64,000 bases of DNA from the NCBI GenBank assembly GCA_950097015.1, contig CATNEN010000039.1:3038001-3102000 (forward strand), in the 5' to 3' direction. Position 1 is the first letter of the stretch; every line of letters begins with the position of its first letter. The position numbers and the translations under genes are program-made. The notes under the pieces are model-generated. The model was not told the origin of the DNA. It saw nothing but the letters and a program-made list of their open reading frames with translations, and made no database searches. Shown piece by piece: positions 49,715-63,071 of this stretch. This stretch comes from Macrostomum hystrix. Lineage: Eukaryota > Animalia > Platyhelminthes.

Positions 49715-51510
49715 TGAAGCCAAACTGAAGGATTAGTGAATGGGATTTCAGAGGAAGACAAACTGGCTGGATTAGTGAATGGGATGTCAGGGAAAGACAA
49801 ACTGGCTGGATTAGTGAATGGGATGTCAGGGAAAGACAAACTGGCTGGATTAGTGAATGGGATGTCAGTGGAAGCCAAACAGGCTGGATTAGTGAATGGG
49901 GATGTCAGGGGAAGCCACACTGAATGATTAGTGAATGGGGATGTCAGGGGAAGACAAACAGGCTGGATAAGTGAATGGGATGTCAGGGAAAGACAAACAG
50001 GCTGGATAAGTGAATGGGATGTCAGGGGAAGACAAACTGGCTGGATTAGTGAATGGGGATGTCAGGGGAAGACAAACAGGCTGGATAAGTGAATGGGATG
50101 TCAGGGGAAGACAAACTGGCTGGATTAGTGAATGGGGATGTCAGGGGAAGCCACACTGAAGGATTAGTGAATGGGGATGTCAGGGGAAGACAAACTGGCT
50201 GGATTAGTGAATGGGATGTCAGGGGAAGCCACACTGAATGATTAGTGAATGGGATGTCAGGGAAAGACAAACTGGCTGGATTAGTGAATGGGATGTCAGG
50301 GAAAGACAAACTGGCTGGATTAGTGAATGGGATGTCAGTGGAAGCCAAACAGGCTGGATTAGTGAATGGGGATGTCAGGGGAAGCCACACTGAATGATTA
50401 GTGAATGGGGATGTCAGGGGAAGCCACACTGAATGATTAGTGAATGGGGATGTCAGGGGAAGCCACACTGAAGGATTAGTGAATGGGGATGTCAGGGGAA
50501 GACAAACTGGCTGGATTAGTGAATGGGATGTCAGGGGAAGCCAAACAGGCAGGATTAGTGAATGGGATGTCAGGGGAGGCCACACTGAAGGATTAGTGAA
50601 TGGGGATGTCAGGGGAAGACAAACTGGCTGGATTAGTGAATGGGATGTCAGGGAAAGACAAACTGGCTGGATTAGTGAATGGGATGTCAGGGAAAGACAA
50701 ACTGGCTGGATTAGTGAATGGGGATGTCAGGGAAAGACAAACTGGCAGGATTAGTGAATGGGATGTCAGTGGAAGACAAACTGGCTGGATTAGTAAATGG
50801 GGATGTCAGGGGAAGACAAACTGGCTGGATAAGTGAATGGGATGTCAGTGGAAGACAAACTGGCTGGATTAGTGAATGGGGATGTCAGTGGAAGCCAAAC
50901 AGGCTGGATTAGTGAATGGGGATGTCAGGGGAAGCCACACTGAAGGATTAGTGAATGGGGATGTCAGGGGAAGCCACACTGAATGATTAGTGAATGGGAT
51001 GTCAGGGGAAGACAAACTGGCTGGATTAGTGAATGGGATGTCAGGGGAAGCCAAACAGGCAGGATTAGTGAATGGGGATGTCAGGGGAAGCCACACTGAA
51101 GGATTAGTGAATGGGGATGTCAGGGGAAGCCACACTGAATGATTAGTGAATGGGGATGTCAGGGGAAGACAAACTGGCTGGATTAGTGAATGGGGATGTC
51201 AGGGGAAGCCACACTGAAGGATTAGTGAATGGGGATGTCAGGGGAAGACAAACTGGCTGGATTAGTGAATGGGATGTCAGGGAAAGACAAACTGGCTGGA
51301 TTAGTGAATGGGATGTCAGGGAAAGACAAACTGGCAGGATTAGTGAATGGGATGTCAGTGGAAGACAAACTGGCTGGATTAGTGAATGGGATGTCAGTGG
51401 AAGACAAACTGGCTGGATTAGTGAATGGGGATGTCAGGGGAGGCCACACTGAAGGATTAGTGAATGGGATGTCAGTGGAAGACAAACTGGCTGGATTAGT
51501 GAATGGGGAT
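49715..51510. repeat. 39/40-bp minisatellite
   Basis: GGATTAGTGAATGGG(G)ATGTCAGGGAAAGACAAACTGGCT units. Confidence 0.95.
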
Positions 51511-51899
51511 TTTAAGGAAGGAAAACAGTAGAGTGAATGGATTAGAAAATGGGAATCTGAAGGATTATCTAAGAAGGCAATCTGGCCAAAATTAGTGAAT
51601 GTTGATGTCGGTAATTAAATTAGAGTTATGTTAGACTACTAAAATAAGTAGTATGTTAAGAGCAAGAAAATAGGAAAACAGAGAAAAAGCAGCAGTTTTA
51701 AGTTTCGCTCAGACAAAGTCCCAGTCGCTACAGGAACAATTTAGATTGTGAGGCTTGGTAGCCGGCTATAAGGCATGCAGTGGTCAATTTTATATTTGGT
51801 AATTGTATTTTGCTGATAAGGAAACAGACAGTTAAAGCCAAACTTGCACACCAAATTTGAGACAGGAGGAATTTAGCAATTAGAGCAGTGAGCAATGTT

Positions 51900-54800
51900 C
51901 TAGACCTTCTTAATAATCTGCACAACATCCTCATCAGCCAGCTCGTGATCCTTGCCGACCTTCTGCGGGGTGTGCTTCACGGAGGAGCCCCAGACCAGCG
52001 CGTATTTGAATTCGCGGATGATGCTCCGGTGCAGCTTGTTGCAGAAGTCCTCGACTGTCTGGCGGCCGGACTTCAGCACAATGGGGGCCTCGTAGTCGGG
52101 CAGCTGTCCCTTGGGCTTGGTGTAGATGCGCACGAGGTGCAGGTAGTCCCACATCAGCTCCAGTAGGTCGTCAAAGTTCCACTTGTGATGCGCCGAGATC
52201 GGCACGCAGTGGGGAATCTTGTAGATGACGTCCAGCTCCTCGATGGTGATCTGGTCGATCTTGTTCAGCACGTAGATGGCCGGGATGTAAACCCGGTTAC
52301 CCTCGATCACGTCGATCAGGTCCTCGGCTGTTGCGTCATATCTATGGATTGTAAACAGGTTTCAGTGCTATCTTTGACAGATTTCTGAGAAACGGGAGTA
52401 TGATTTCCAAGAAACCTGCGCGTGATTTCTGAGAAACCTGCGCGTGATATCTGAGAAACCCGCGCGTGATATCTGAGAAACCCGCGCGTGATATCTGAGA
52501 AACCTGCGCGTGATATCTGAGAAACCCGCGCGTGATATCTAAGAAACCTGCGTGTGAATTCTGAGAAACCTAAGTGTGATTTCTGAGAAACCTGCGCGTG
52601 ATATCTGAGAAACCTGCGCGTGATATCTGAGAAACCCGCGCGTGATATCTGAGAAACCTGCGCGTGATATCTGAGAAACCCGCGCGTGATATCTAAGAAA
52701 CCTGCGTGTGAATTCTGAGAAACCTAAGTGTGATTTCTGAGAAACCTGCGCGTGATATCTGAGAAACCTGCGCGTGATATCTGAGAAATATGCGCGTGAT
52801 ATCTAAGAAACCTGCGCGTGATATCTGAGAAACCTGCGCGTGATTTCTGAGAAACCTGCGCGTGATATCTGAGAAACCTGCGCGTGATATCTAAGAAACC
52901 TGCGTGTAAATTCTGAGAAACCTAAGTGTGATTTCTGAGAAACCTGCGCGTAATTTCTGAGAAACCTGCACGTGATATCTAAGAAACCTGCGCGTGATAT
53001 CTGAGAAACCTGCGCGTGATATCTAAGAAACCTGCGCGTGATATCTGAGAAACCTGCGCGTGATATCTAAGAAACCTGCGCGTGATATCTGAGAAACCTG
53101 CGCGTGATATCTGAGAAACCCGCGCGTGATATCTGAGAAACCTGCGCGTGATATCTGAGAAACCCGCGCGTGATATCTAAGAAACCTGCGTGTGAATTCT
53201 GAGAAACCTAAGTGTGATTTCTGAGAAACCTGCGCGTGATATCTGAGAAACCCGCGCGTGATATCTGAGAAACCTGCGCGTGATATCTGAGAAACTCGCG
53301 CGTGATATCTAAGAAACCTGCGTGTGAATTCTGAGAAACCTAAGTGTGATTTCTGAGAAACCTGCGCGTGATATCTGAGAAACCTGCGCGTGATATCTGA
53401 GAAACCCGCGCGTGATATCTGAGAAACCTGCGCGTGATATCTGAGAAACCCGCGCGTGATATCTAAGAAACCTGCGTGTGAATTCTGAGAAACCTAAGTG
53501 TGATTTCTGAGAAACCTGCGCGTGATATCTGAGAAACCTGCGCGTAATATCTGAGAAACATGCGCGTGATATTTAAGAAACCTGCGCGTGATATCTGAGA
53601 AACCTGCGCGTGATCTCTGAGAAACCCGCGCGTGATATCTGAGAAACCTGCGCGTGATATCTAAGAAACCTGCGTGTAAATTCTGAGAAACCTAAGTGTG
53701 ATTTCTGAGAAACCTGCGCGTGATATCTGAGAAACATGCGCGTGATATCTGAGAAACCTGCGCGTGATATCTAAGAAACCTGCGCGTGATATCTGAGAAA
53801 CCTGCGCGTGATATCTGAGAAACCCGCGCGTGATATCTGAGAAACCTGCGCGTGATATCTGAGAAACCCGCGCGTGATATCTAAGAAACCTGCTTGTGAA
53901 TTCTGAGAAACCTAAGTGTGATTTCTGAGAAACCTGCGCGTGATATCTGAGAAACCTGCGCGTGATATCTGAGAAACCCGCGCGTGATATCTGAGAAACC
54001 TGCGCGTGATATCTGAGAAACCCGCGCGTGATATCTAAGAAACCTGCGTGTGAATTCTGAGAAACCTAAGTGTGATTTCTGAGAAACCTGCGCGTGATAT
54101 CTGAGAAACCTGCGCGTGATATCTGAGAAACATGCGCGTGATATCTAAGAAACCTGCGCGTGATATCTGAGAAACCTGCGCGTGATTTCTGAGAAACCTG
54201 CGCGTGATTTCCAAGAAACCTGCGCGTGATATCTAAGAAACCTGCGCGTGAATTCTGAGAAACCTAAGTGTGATTTCTGAGAAACCTGCGCGTAATTTCT
54301 GAGAAACCTGCACGTGATATCCGAGAAACCTGCGCGTGATATGTAAGAAACCTGCACGTGATATCTGAGAAACCTGCGCGTAATTTCTGAGAAACTTTTC
54401 ACATCACGTGATTTCTGAGAAACTAAGAGTGATTTCTGAGAAACCTAAGAGTGATTTCTGAGAAACCTAAGAGTGATTTCTGAGAAACCTAAGAGTGATT
54501 TCTGAGAAACCTAAGAGTGATTTCTGAGAAACCTAAGAGTGATTTCTGAGAAACCTAAGAGTGATTTCTGAGAAACCTAAGAGTTATTTCTGAGAAACCT
54601 AAGAGTGATTTCTGAAAAAAACCAGTTCTGGATTTTTCAAAAGGCTGTGTGCGTTTTTTTAGAAACCTGTGGCCGGGGATTTCTGAAAAAATCAGTACGT
54701 AATCTCCGAGAAACCAGTGATTTATGTGAAACATGTGTGATTGTTAAACACCATTGTTTAATCACGAAAATGACCATGTATGTTCTCGATGACACTCAGT

Positions 54801-56946
54801 GTCATATCAGAAACTGTTGTTAATGAACACGAACCTGAGCGTGATGTCGGCATTGTGTATTTTGTACTCGTTCAGAATGCTCTTGACAACATCAGCGTCC
54901 AGCTCAGACTGGGGCACCAGGCACTGCAGATTGACGCCGCCCTTGTCCTTCCGCTTAAAGCCGATGTTTGGCGGCTCCTTGTTTAGCCGAATGCCGAAGC
55001 CCTCGACTTCGTGCTCAATGAGGCGCTTGTGCTGCAGCGGCTTCAGCACGTCTAGGACGATTAGGATTAAAGAGCAGGTGCGCGCCACGGCGATTACCTG
55101 CCAGGTAGGGATTTGAAAATAGCGTTTGAAGCTAGTTTGAAGTTAATGAAATGTATACGAATAACAAAGAAATCTAACCTGCTTGCCGCGACCTTTGCCG
55201 TCCTTGGCGCCCTCGATGATGCCCGGCAGGTCGAGCAGCTGAATCTTGGCGCCCTTGTACTTGATGACGCCAGGCACAGTGGTGAGTGTAGTGAACTCAT
55301 AAGCGGCCACCTCTGAGTACACTCCGGCCAGGTTGCTTAACAGGGTCGACTTGCCAACAGACGGGAAGCCGACAAAACCGACGCGAGCGTCGCCAGTTTT
55401 GGCCACGTCGAAGCCTTCGCCGGCGCCTCCACCGCCGCCACCCTTCGGTTCGATGAGCTCTCGCTTGAGCTTGGCCAGGCGTGCTTTGAGCAGACCCAGA
55501 TGGCCCATGGTGGCCTTGTTGCGCTGGGTGCGGGCCATCTAAGCAGCAGTGAACAAATGAGGAAAAATGGATTGGTTTTGAAATTTAGATTGGCCAAATA
55601 ATAGCCTACAGATAGTGATCCTTCACCAACTTCTCACTTTTCTATCTGAAATTCTAAATATCAAGAATTTGAGTTGTAAAAATCTTTCTTTTACTTTGAT
55701 TATTTAAAAGTTGCATTCATAATAGCTGACCAGATCCTGTATTCAAAACATAGAGGTATTTACGCATAAATATAATTTTACATAGGGTCAAGCTACATAC
55801 TATGTGCACTACAATTAACAGGTTATTCCTAAGAAATGGAATTGTATTTAAAGTCTTGTGACAGTTTATTTTAGTTTCTATAATGTTACCAACATGGGCC
55901 TATATTTTAAGTTCACAACATTAAAAAAAATTATCAACAATCATAGAATGTCAGATGTTTTTAAGTTCATAATCATTAAAATACAGTATTTTAAACACAC
56001 ACTATTGTTACAATTTAATTTTGCACAACAGTTAAATATGAAAATTAAGAATATATTAGTTACATTTTATAATTAGAGCTTCCTTAAACATACTCAATGC
56101 TGATGGTTTAAGATTGAACATTACCTATAATCAAGTTCATGTTAAAAGTCATACAAAGTTATAAAACGAAAGAAAAATGTTAAAACAATATAGTTAATTA
56201 ACTACATTTATAATGGTAATAACAAATATAAAATTTTAGGATTAGGAAGCAGTTTACTAGTCTTTTGGAGTTTTTGTCTAGTACTAAATTCTAATAACTA
56301 AGTAAGTACTGTACTCTAGAACTGTACCTAGAACTTTCTTGTAATGAGTAACTGAATGAGTGAATTAATCTCTGACTTAAAAAGGGAAGTATAGCTAACT
56401 ACATGAAACTTCAAAAAAACAAATCAACAATTTCAGTTCAAATATGAAAATACATCATATCTAATATTATAAATCTAAAATAGTGATTAGGCCTAACTTA
56501 CTATTACTATTGCAAGAATTAAAGATATGCTTACAAATTTAATTTTTATGATGACAATTTCCAAAATCTCTGAACTCTGGCTTTCATGTCCCAAATATTA
56601 ATTTCTGATAGCTGTACTAGGTAGCTTAATATAAAAATATAGCTACCTATTAAAAATATATAAAAATAGCATAGCTAGCTAGGCTCATAGGACATATAAA
56701 TCAATTATCCCATCCATGGTTGGATTCCAAGGACAAGGTAGCTAAATCTGATAGGTTAGCTATGCAAGTACAATTGATAGGTCTATGTCTCACTTTGTAA
56801 TGTTAGCCGCCTTTTTACACTGTATTTATAATAATAACAATTAAGTTGTAAATAGAGAAGCTATAGCCTATACTCCATAGAAATGCATTGAATAGAAAAA
56901 CACTTACCTCAGCTTCTATTTCTGCTATCCTTTGAACGACACTCAT
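51900..56946 (-). CDS. DRG1: Developmentally regulated GTP-binding protein 1
   Basis: Exons 56946-56908 ([13 protein letters not shown]), 55538-55179, 55097-54835, 52341-51900. Motifs [34 protein letters not shown] and a C-terminal TGS domain ending [10 protein letters not shown]. Confidence 0.96.
52381..54615. repeat. 22-bp CpG-rich minisatellite with higher-order structure, in a DRG1 intron
   Basis: GAAACCTGCGCGTGATATCTGA units with a periodic GAAACCTAAGTGTGATTTCTGA variant. Confidence 0.96.
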
Positions 56947-57282
56947 ATTTTATTTTAATAGATGATCAAGAAGCTAGAGTCCTGGAGCTGTTTCTGCAAA
57001 TAAAAAAACTTCGACGAATTCGTAACAATAGTATCACAGGCCTAGTTCAATATGAGCGGCCGTGCCTGTTTAACAGAATTTGCATTCACCGTGTTTCCAA
57101 CGTGATGTAATATCAATTTGAAATGTTGAGAAAGTAACTACTTAACAACCTTTTCTCATTATCTTTATTCTGAACCCTCAAATGTTCCTATGCTGGTAGT
57201 TTATAACAACAGTTTTAAAATGTAACTAAAAACGGGCCTATAACGTTAAAACTTACAAGATTAAATAAAACAAGATTCTACC

Positions 57283-57580
57283 CACAGAATACAGCTGTGG
57301 AACGGTGGAATACACTGTGATGTCTTCTGTGATTTATTCTAAGGAACGCAGGCAACTAAGCTATTAGTTATTATACACTTGGCATCAAATAGATAGGATA
57401 GATGGAAGGAAAGACAAGCGAGAAACATAGTCTATGGCAAAATCGATCTCAATGCACTCGGGTTGATAAAAAAGCCAGCACTACTCGCAAATCACTTCAC
57501 CTTAGAAGTAGCGTAGCTAGCAAATAGTTTTTGCCTCATTTTTTCGCATGGAGAGATTTAGCATTCTGGTGTATTCTGTG
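57283..57580. mobile_element. MITE with 11-bp TIR and 8-bp TSD (P-element or hAT type)
   Basis: CACAGAATACA...TGTATTCTGTG; TSD ATTCTACC at 57275-57282 and 57581-57588. Confidence 0.8.
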
Positions 57581-58408
57581 ATTCTACCCAAGTGTTCTGT
57601 TCGGTCTATTTGAGTCCGAGTCAAATAGTTATGTGAATACAGTTCGCTAAAATAATTGGACTGCATTTCATGTCGCAATACATGAGACACTATATATCGT
57701 TATTGAATTATCCTAGAGGCATCTAGATATGTGGTTTCTAATTAGAGTCATATGGTTTTGATGGCCAGGTACGACCATTTAAGCCTTAACGATCAGACCT
57801 CATTCACCAGAGAATACATTTTCTTTCTTCTCTGGTTTAATATTTTCTGATATTAATCGTGCCTGCGCATGACTAATATGATTTAAAGTTAATGTTTTAA
57901 AGTTACCCTGCCTTTCATTGGCGGATGATGGGGAAAAGGGTAAAGATTTTAACTTTTTTAACTTTATATACATGTACTGGCTCTTGTGCATGCAAGTAAA
58001 AGATTTTTGTTGCATGCAAGTAACTTTTTCTTCCCCATCTATAGAATTAAAATATTTTTACATGGTCTTGTGCTTGTGCATTGAACTGAGTCGAGCATGT
58101 CTCTCCTTAGAATATTTTTGTCTCCATGCGGCGCTAGCAGGCTTTCCTCCGCATTAGCGACTTCGCTCATTGCCCGGTTGGCCCCAGATCAATATTGAGA
58201 GCTGTTAGTTGATGCACGCGACAAGACAAAGAGCAAAGTCTCTTTTATTCTCCATGAAATTTCACTAAAAATCTTCTCTTCTGAATCCCGCGTGCAAGCT
58301 TCCCGAGTAGTTTTGATGCATTTTTAGAGTTTTCTAGAAACAATGGGCTGGAAAACCCTTAACTGAAGTCTTGACACTGCAGTTATGCGGGACCTGAAAA
58401 CTTAAGTG

Positions 58409-58416
58409 CATAAAAG
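58409..58416 (+). promoter_or_regulatory. Candidate TATA box of the FReD gene
   Basis: CATAAAAG about 30 bp upstream of an Inr-like GTCACTT and 88 bp upstream of the ATG. Confidence 0.4.
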
Positions 58417-58496
58417 GAGATGAGAGTGATGGTTAAAGTCACTTTTCTGAGTAAAAAGTCATTTCCAGTCAGGGCACGCAACGCTATTAGCTTAAA

Positions 58497-59942
58497 ATGC
58501 TAATCAACGTGCAGCTCGTGACCATCGTTTTGCTTACTTCTGTGGTTGTCGCAGAGAATGCCTTAGAGAGTCCAGGTGAGGATAACTAATCGTGCATCCA
58601 ATTTGAAGCTCGATTGCACTTTTAAACCGACTGTTCGAATTTAATCACATTATGCACCTGCAGAGTTCTCCACCGACCCTGTGGGCCCGTTGAATGCAAC
58701 CGTCGTGATGACGTCAGCATCTGGCAGCAGCGAGACTCACTGCGTTGTGCAGTGCGCAGCCGCGGGTCGCAGCGCATGCTCGGCCACCGCTTTCCTGCCC
58801 GAGACTCGGGTCTGTTTCTTCTCTGCTTTGAGCAATGCGGACTTGTCTGCAGTAGCTCCCGGCTGTCCCACCTTTCGAAGAGTGAAAGTTATAGGTTAGT
58901 CGTGAATTTGCTTCGCGTGTAACTGCGCATAAGGTGGAGGGTCTTACCAGCCCCCTCATTGCTTGCTCCCTAATTTCTGGCAGATCCTCCTGCCAATACG
59001 CATCGCGTAATGCTGAGTCGCATAGCCAACATCTCCGTGAGCTTTGCGGCTCGGAATTGGTCCCAGTACGAGGACGGATTCGGTGAAGGAGAAGAATTCT
59101 GGCTGGGTGAGAATGTCTTTAACTTCTTACTCTGCTCTCAATCACGGACTGGACACAGCAAGGCATGCTGGGATTTAGTGAGGCCTATAGTTGCTGCTGT
59201 GAAATTGCAATCGTTTCCCCACTTGCTATCATCCACAAATCGTCTGACCAGAGTTTGAGGGATATAAAAGCAGCCTGTGATTCACGCATCCGTTTAAAGT
59301 TGCAAACAGTATAAAGTACAAATTCACGGGACAATTGATGCACCGAAATAACTGACAAGCACAAAGCGTCCACAAAACTTGTACACATGTCTGGTATTGC
59401 TTTTGTCAGACACTAATTGTTAGATATAGGTTGATTGCATGCGCTACATGTGAAAATCAAACGTCCAGCAAACCCACAAGCTGCATGGTCACGTGTTTAC
59501 AGGTCTACGCGAAATTCACAAGCTGACTGGTAGCACGCCCAGACTACTGAGAGTTGAGGTGGTCACCTGGTCAGGTATTCTGCACGTGTTGGAGTACTCT
59601 GGCTTCTCTGTTGGCAATGCCAGCACTAACTACTTTATGACATTCGACTCTTACCTCGGAAACAGCTCAAATGCAACTGTTGAGTGGTTTTCAAATCACA
59701 AAAATAATTATTTTTCAACGATGGACCGGAATAATGGTATGGGATGCAGTGAAGCATTTTCAGGCTACGCTGGCTGGTGGTACCACATTAACGAATGCTG
59801 GAGCGTTCTTCCTACTGGCACCTTTCCCGGTGAATACTGGGGGACTTCGAATACAGATCCATGGCTCTACTGGCCTGAATATTATGATGACGGCAGCTCC
59901 TCGGAACGAGCTAGGTCTATCCGATATAAACTGCAAGTTTAA
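58497..59942 (+). CDS. Secreted PAN/apple-like + fibrinogen C-terminal domain protein (FReD)
   Basis: Exons 58497-58575 (signal peptide), 58664-58894 (C-x3-C...C...C PAN-like), 58984-59106, 59503-59942. FBG motifs RNWSQYEDGFG..EFWLGLREIHKLT, FSTMDRNN, GWWY...C. All three introns phase 1. Confidence 0.88.
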
Positions 59943-60550
59943 TTTGAAGCAGCTCTATATTCTCTGTCAGATCCGATGCTCCAAGCAGGAAAATTTCAAG
60001 CATCAACTGTCGTGGAGCATGAATGGCGACATTAACCCATTGGTTGACGGAACTCAAAAGTACCGGGACAGGATATTTGACAATTGATTATTTGACGCTA
60101 TTGATGAAAATTAGTGACCAAACGTGGGTGTGATATATGCATCGTACGGAATTCTACCCGAGATTGCACCTGTAATTGTCGTACTCGTACTTCAACTCTC
60201 TTTGTTATTATTATCAGATGCCGTTGCCTTAAGTAGCCTAGACTATTCCCCGGTTCTGTACTTTAACAAGCGCGCAAGGCGCAGCCCCTCGCAAATTTAT
60301 ACATTTTTCTGCTTTCCCTTCTGCTTCTTGCCAAAGCAACTCTGTTACGTAATTACCATGCAGTTAAGATTTAGCCCATGACAAAGATTTACTACTATCG
60401 TAACCTTACCTGATACGCTATAAATTTTAATTCCTTTAGCCTTGACTCATTTGAGACTGTTTTAAAAGCCGAAACGAAAAGCTTACTTTCAGATTCTCTT
60501 AACAATAGAAAGACTGTGTAACACACTAAAATGGGGAACGAACCTCGCGC

Positions 60551-60605
60551 TGGCAGACCGAGACCGGTTTCTGGCTTTTTTGCCTTCGTCAGTCAGCCAT
60601 AGCCA
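60551..60605 (-). ncRNA. Minimal type I hammerhead ribozyme motif (Penelope/retrozyme-like)
   Basis: Minus strand reads TGGCTATGGCTGA-CTGACGA-A-GGC-AAAAAA-GCC-A-GAAA-CCG-GTC/TCGGTCTGCCA: core CUGANGA, GAAA and GUC; stem I GGCUGA:UCGGUC; palindromic ACCGGT stem III. One non-canonical A.A at the base of stem II. Confidence 0.6.
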
Positions 60606-60788
60606 CACGCCGTCCTCTCCCACCACTCTTAGTGTGCACAGAAGTCTCTTTTAAGCTTGCCATTTTTTATGGCGATATTTTTTAGTGTTATGTGAGAGTT
60701 TTGCAGCCAAGTCTTTGCTTTTCTACTGTTGTCAGTAGTCTGAATTTTATCTCTCACAGACTACATGCTTTTTTTCCACTGGAGAAAT

Positions 60789-61099
60789 ACCACGGGGATA
60801 TTGCAAATACCCACTGCCTACGTCACGACAGCTCCCAAACCGAATAACAGATTTTCGTGAAAGTCCAGCATATGGATCAAAATTTTGCGCCATTTACGAT
60901 GAACTCACTTTCAAAGCCGTCAAAGTCAGCATCGTCGAGATATTCAGCGATTCTTGTCGAAGACCCCGGTGAAAAGGACAACTAACATTACGAGTATAAA
61001 CCTTTAAGGAGAATCCATATTGGTTCAATAAACTGGTTGGTTGAATATTAGTTGCATATTTTGTGAGACACAGAAAAAGTATTTGCAATACCCCGTGGT
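60789..61099. mobile_element. MITE-like element with about 21-bp imperfect TIR
   Basis: ACCACGGGGATATTGCAAATAC ... GTATTTGCAATACCCCGTGGT; no clear TSD. Confidence 0.55.
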
Positions 61100-61330
61100 C
61101 CTTCTATGCTGTAAAAGTAGTCATGAAGCATTATATAACTTCGCCACAATATCTTTTTCACTGAAGAGTTGCTTAAACAGTTTATTCAAATGAATTTATC
61201 AGAGCTGTATAGGGCGGTAGAGATAACACTGCATTCCTTCTTGACAAGGAATTGATGGTCCTGCTGCCTCCATGCGCTGAAGCACCGCATAAATTCGGAA
61301 TGCCGATTCGCACTGAATGACGACTATACG

Positions 61331-61643
61331 CTCGTATAGCTGGCTAGGGCTGGTCGTATAGCTGGCTAGGGCTGCTCGTATAGCTGGCTAGGGCTGCTCG
61401 TATAGCTGGCTAGGGCTGCTCGTATAGCTGGCTAGGGCTGGTCGTATAGCTGGCTAGGGCTGCTCGTATAGCTGGCTAGGGCTGCTCGTATAGCTGGCTA
61501 GGGCTGCTCGTATAGCTGGCTAGGGCTGGTCGTATAGCTGGCTAGGGCTGGTCGTATAGCTGGCTAGGGCTGGTCGTATAGCTGGCTAGGGCTGGTCGTA
61601 TAGCTGGCTAGGGCTGGTCGTATAGCTGGCTAGGGCTGGTCGT
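61331..61643. repeat. 22-bp minisatellite
   Basis: TCGTATAGCTGGCTAGGGCTG(G/C) units. Confidence 0.95.
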
Positions 61644-63071
61644 TACGTCTTATGGATTATGGAATCAGAGAAGACTGCTTTCAGGGGGAATCCACTGGTT
61701 CGTGGATAAAGAATTTCAGAAGGGTGGGGGCTTTTTTCCCTTCGGTAATAATGAGAATACTGTATTATGGCGACTGCGTAAACGTTGTGTCCCAGAATGC
61801 AACTTACAAACTGATTGGAATATTAAAAGTAGAGAATTTAGAATATGGAGACCGATTTTTGAGAGAGAGGCGGGGACCCTCTTTTTCCTGATCTCATCGA
61901 GAATAATAAAGTTAATAGTTTGTGGATTATGGAGGCTGCGATAATTTTTGTCCTAGATAGCCCCTTTCGCATACTACTCCGTACTGATGCGGGTAAAACT
62001 AGTTTTTTTGTCTGCAAATATCTTGGCTACCTGTGAGCCCTTAACTCTACTGTAACATTCGGACACAGAAGTAGTGTGTTTACTGATGCGGCTAAAACTT
62101 ACTTAATTTTCTCTGCAAATATCTTGGCTACCTGTAAATGTAATTGTGGCTGTTAGCAATAAGTTAACAGTAGAACTATCAAGGTGGGAATCAGTGGTAC
62201 GATTTTTGTGCTGCACCCGAACGGAACAACGCAAGCACACGAAACTCAAGAACAATGGCCAAATCTTTGTTGCGGATCTTCTGAAACAAAAATCAAGTCG
62301 CCAGCTCTTCAGACCGTCGAGATATTCAATGTTTCTGGCCGAAGGTCTGATTTTTTCCCTTAGGTGTATTTCATGCACCCCTATACACAAATTAGCACTC
62401 CGTCTTTGCGGCCTTGCCAGGTCTTCAAATTTATCACCCAAATGTGACTGCATCATCTCCGTCTTCGGTGGTCACCTACCTTTATCTAGACTGACTGCTG
62501 GACCTTCAAGGGCCACAATCGGTAGAAATAGGCCACCATGGAAACCCTGACGCGAATTTCTCCGATTTCACTGATCAAGCCTAAATATTAGGCGCAGCTC
62601 AAGCACAGGACACAATCGACTATATTCTGTAAACCAATCAGTCAGTCACCACCCAACGCTGCTGGCATTCAGGCGCTGCCAAAAATATAATGGGGGAATT
62701 AAAGCTGTATCTTGCACCGAAGTTACAAGGAACGAAAATCTAATGTTTACTTTGCGCATCTAAAAACTTTCTAACATGTGTCTCTGCAAGCGACATACGA
62801 GCACAAAGGAACATTTTTCACAGTCCTTTCTTATTTAAAATGAGCCATTCTAAAACCTGTGAAAACTTTGTTGGCATGAGCCCATATGTTAGCGAGAAGG
62901 CATCGGGTTTAGGCAAAATATAGAGAGCCACTTAGTCATTTTGAAGTAAATTCTTCCGCGATAACAAATTTGAATATTGCGTTTAAAATAATAAAACATG
63001 AATATTTGCTCCCTCTCAAAACGGTTAAATCTGGGCTGTCAGCTCGTAGCCCTGATAGCAGCCTGGGTTTC

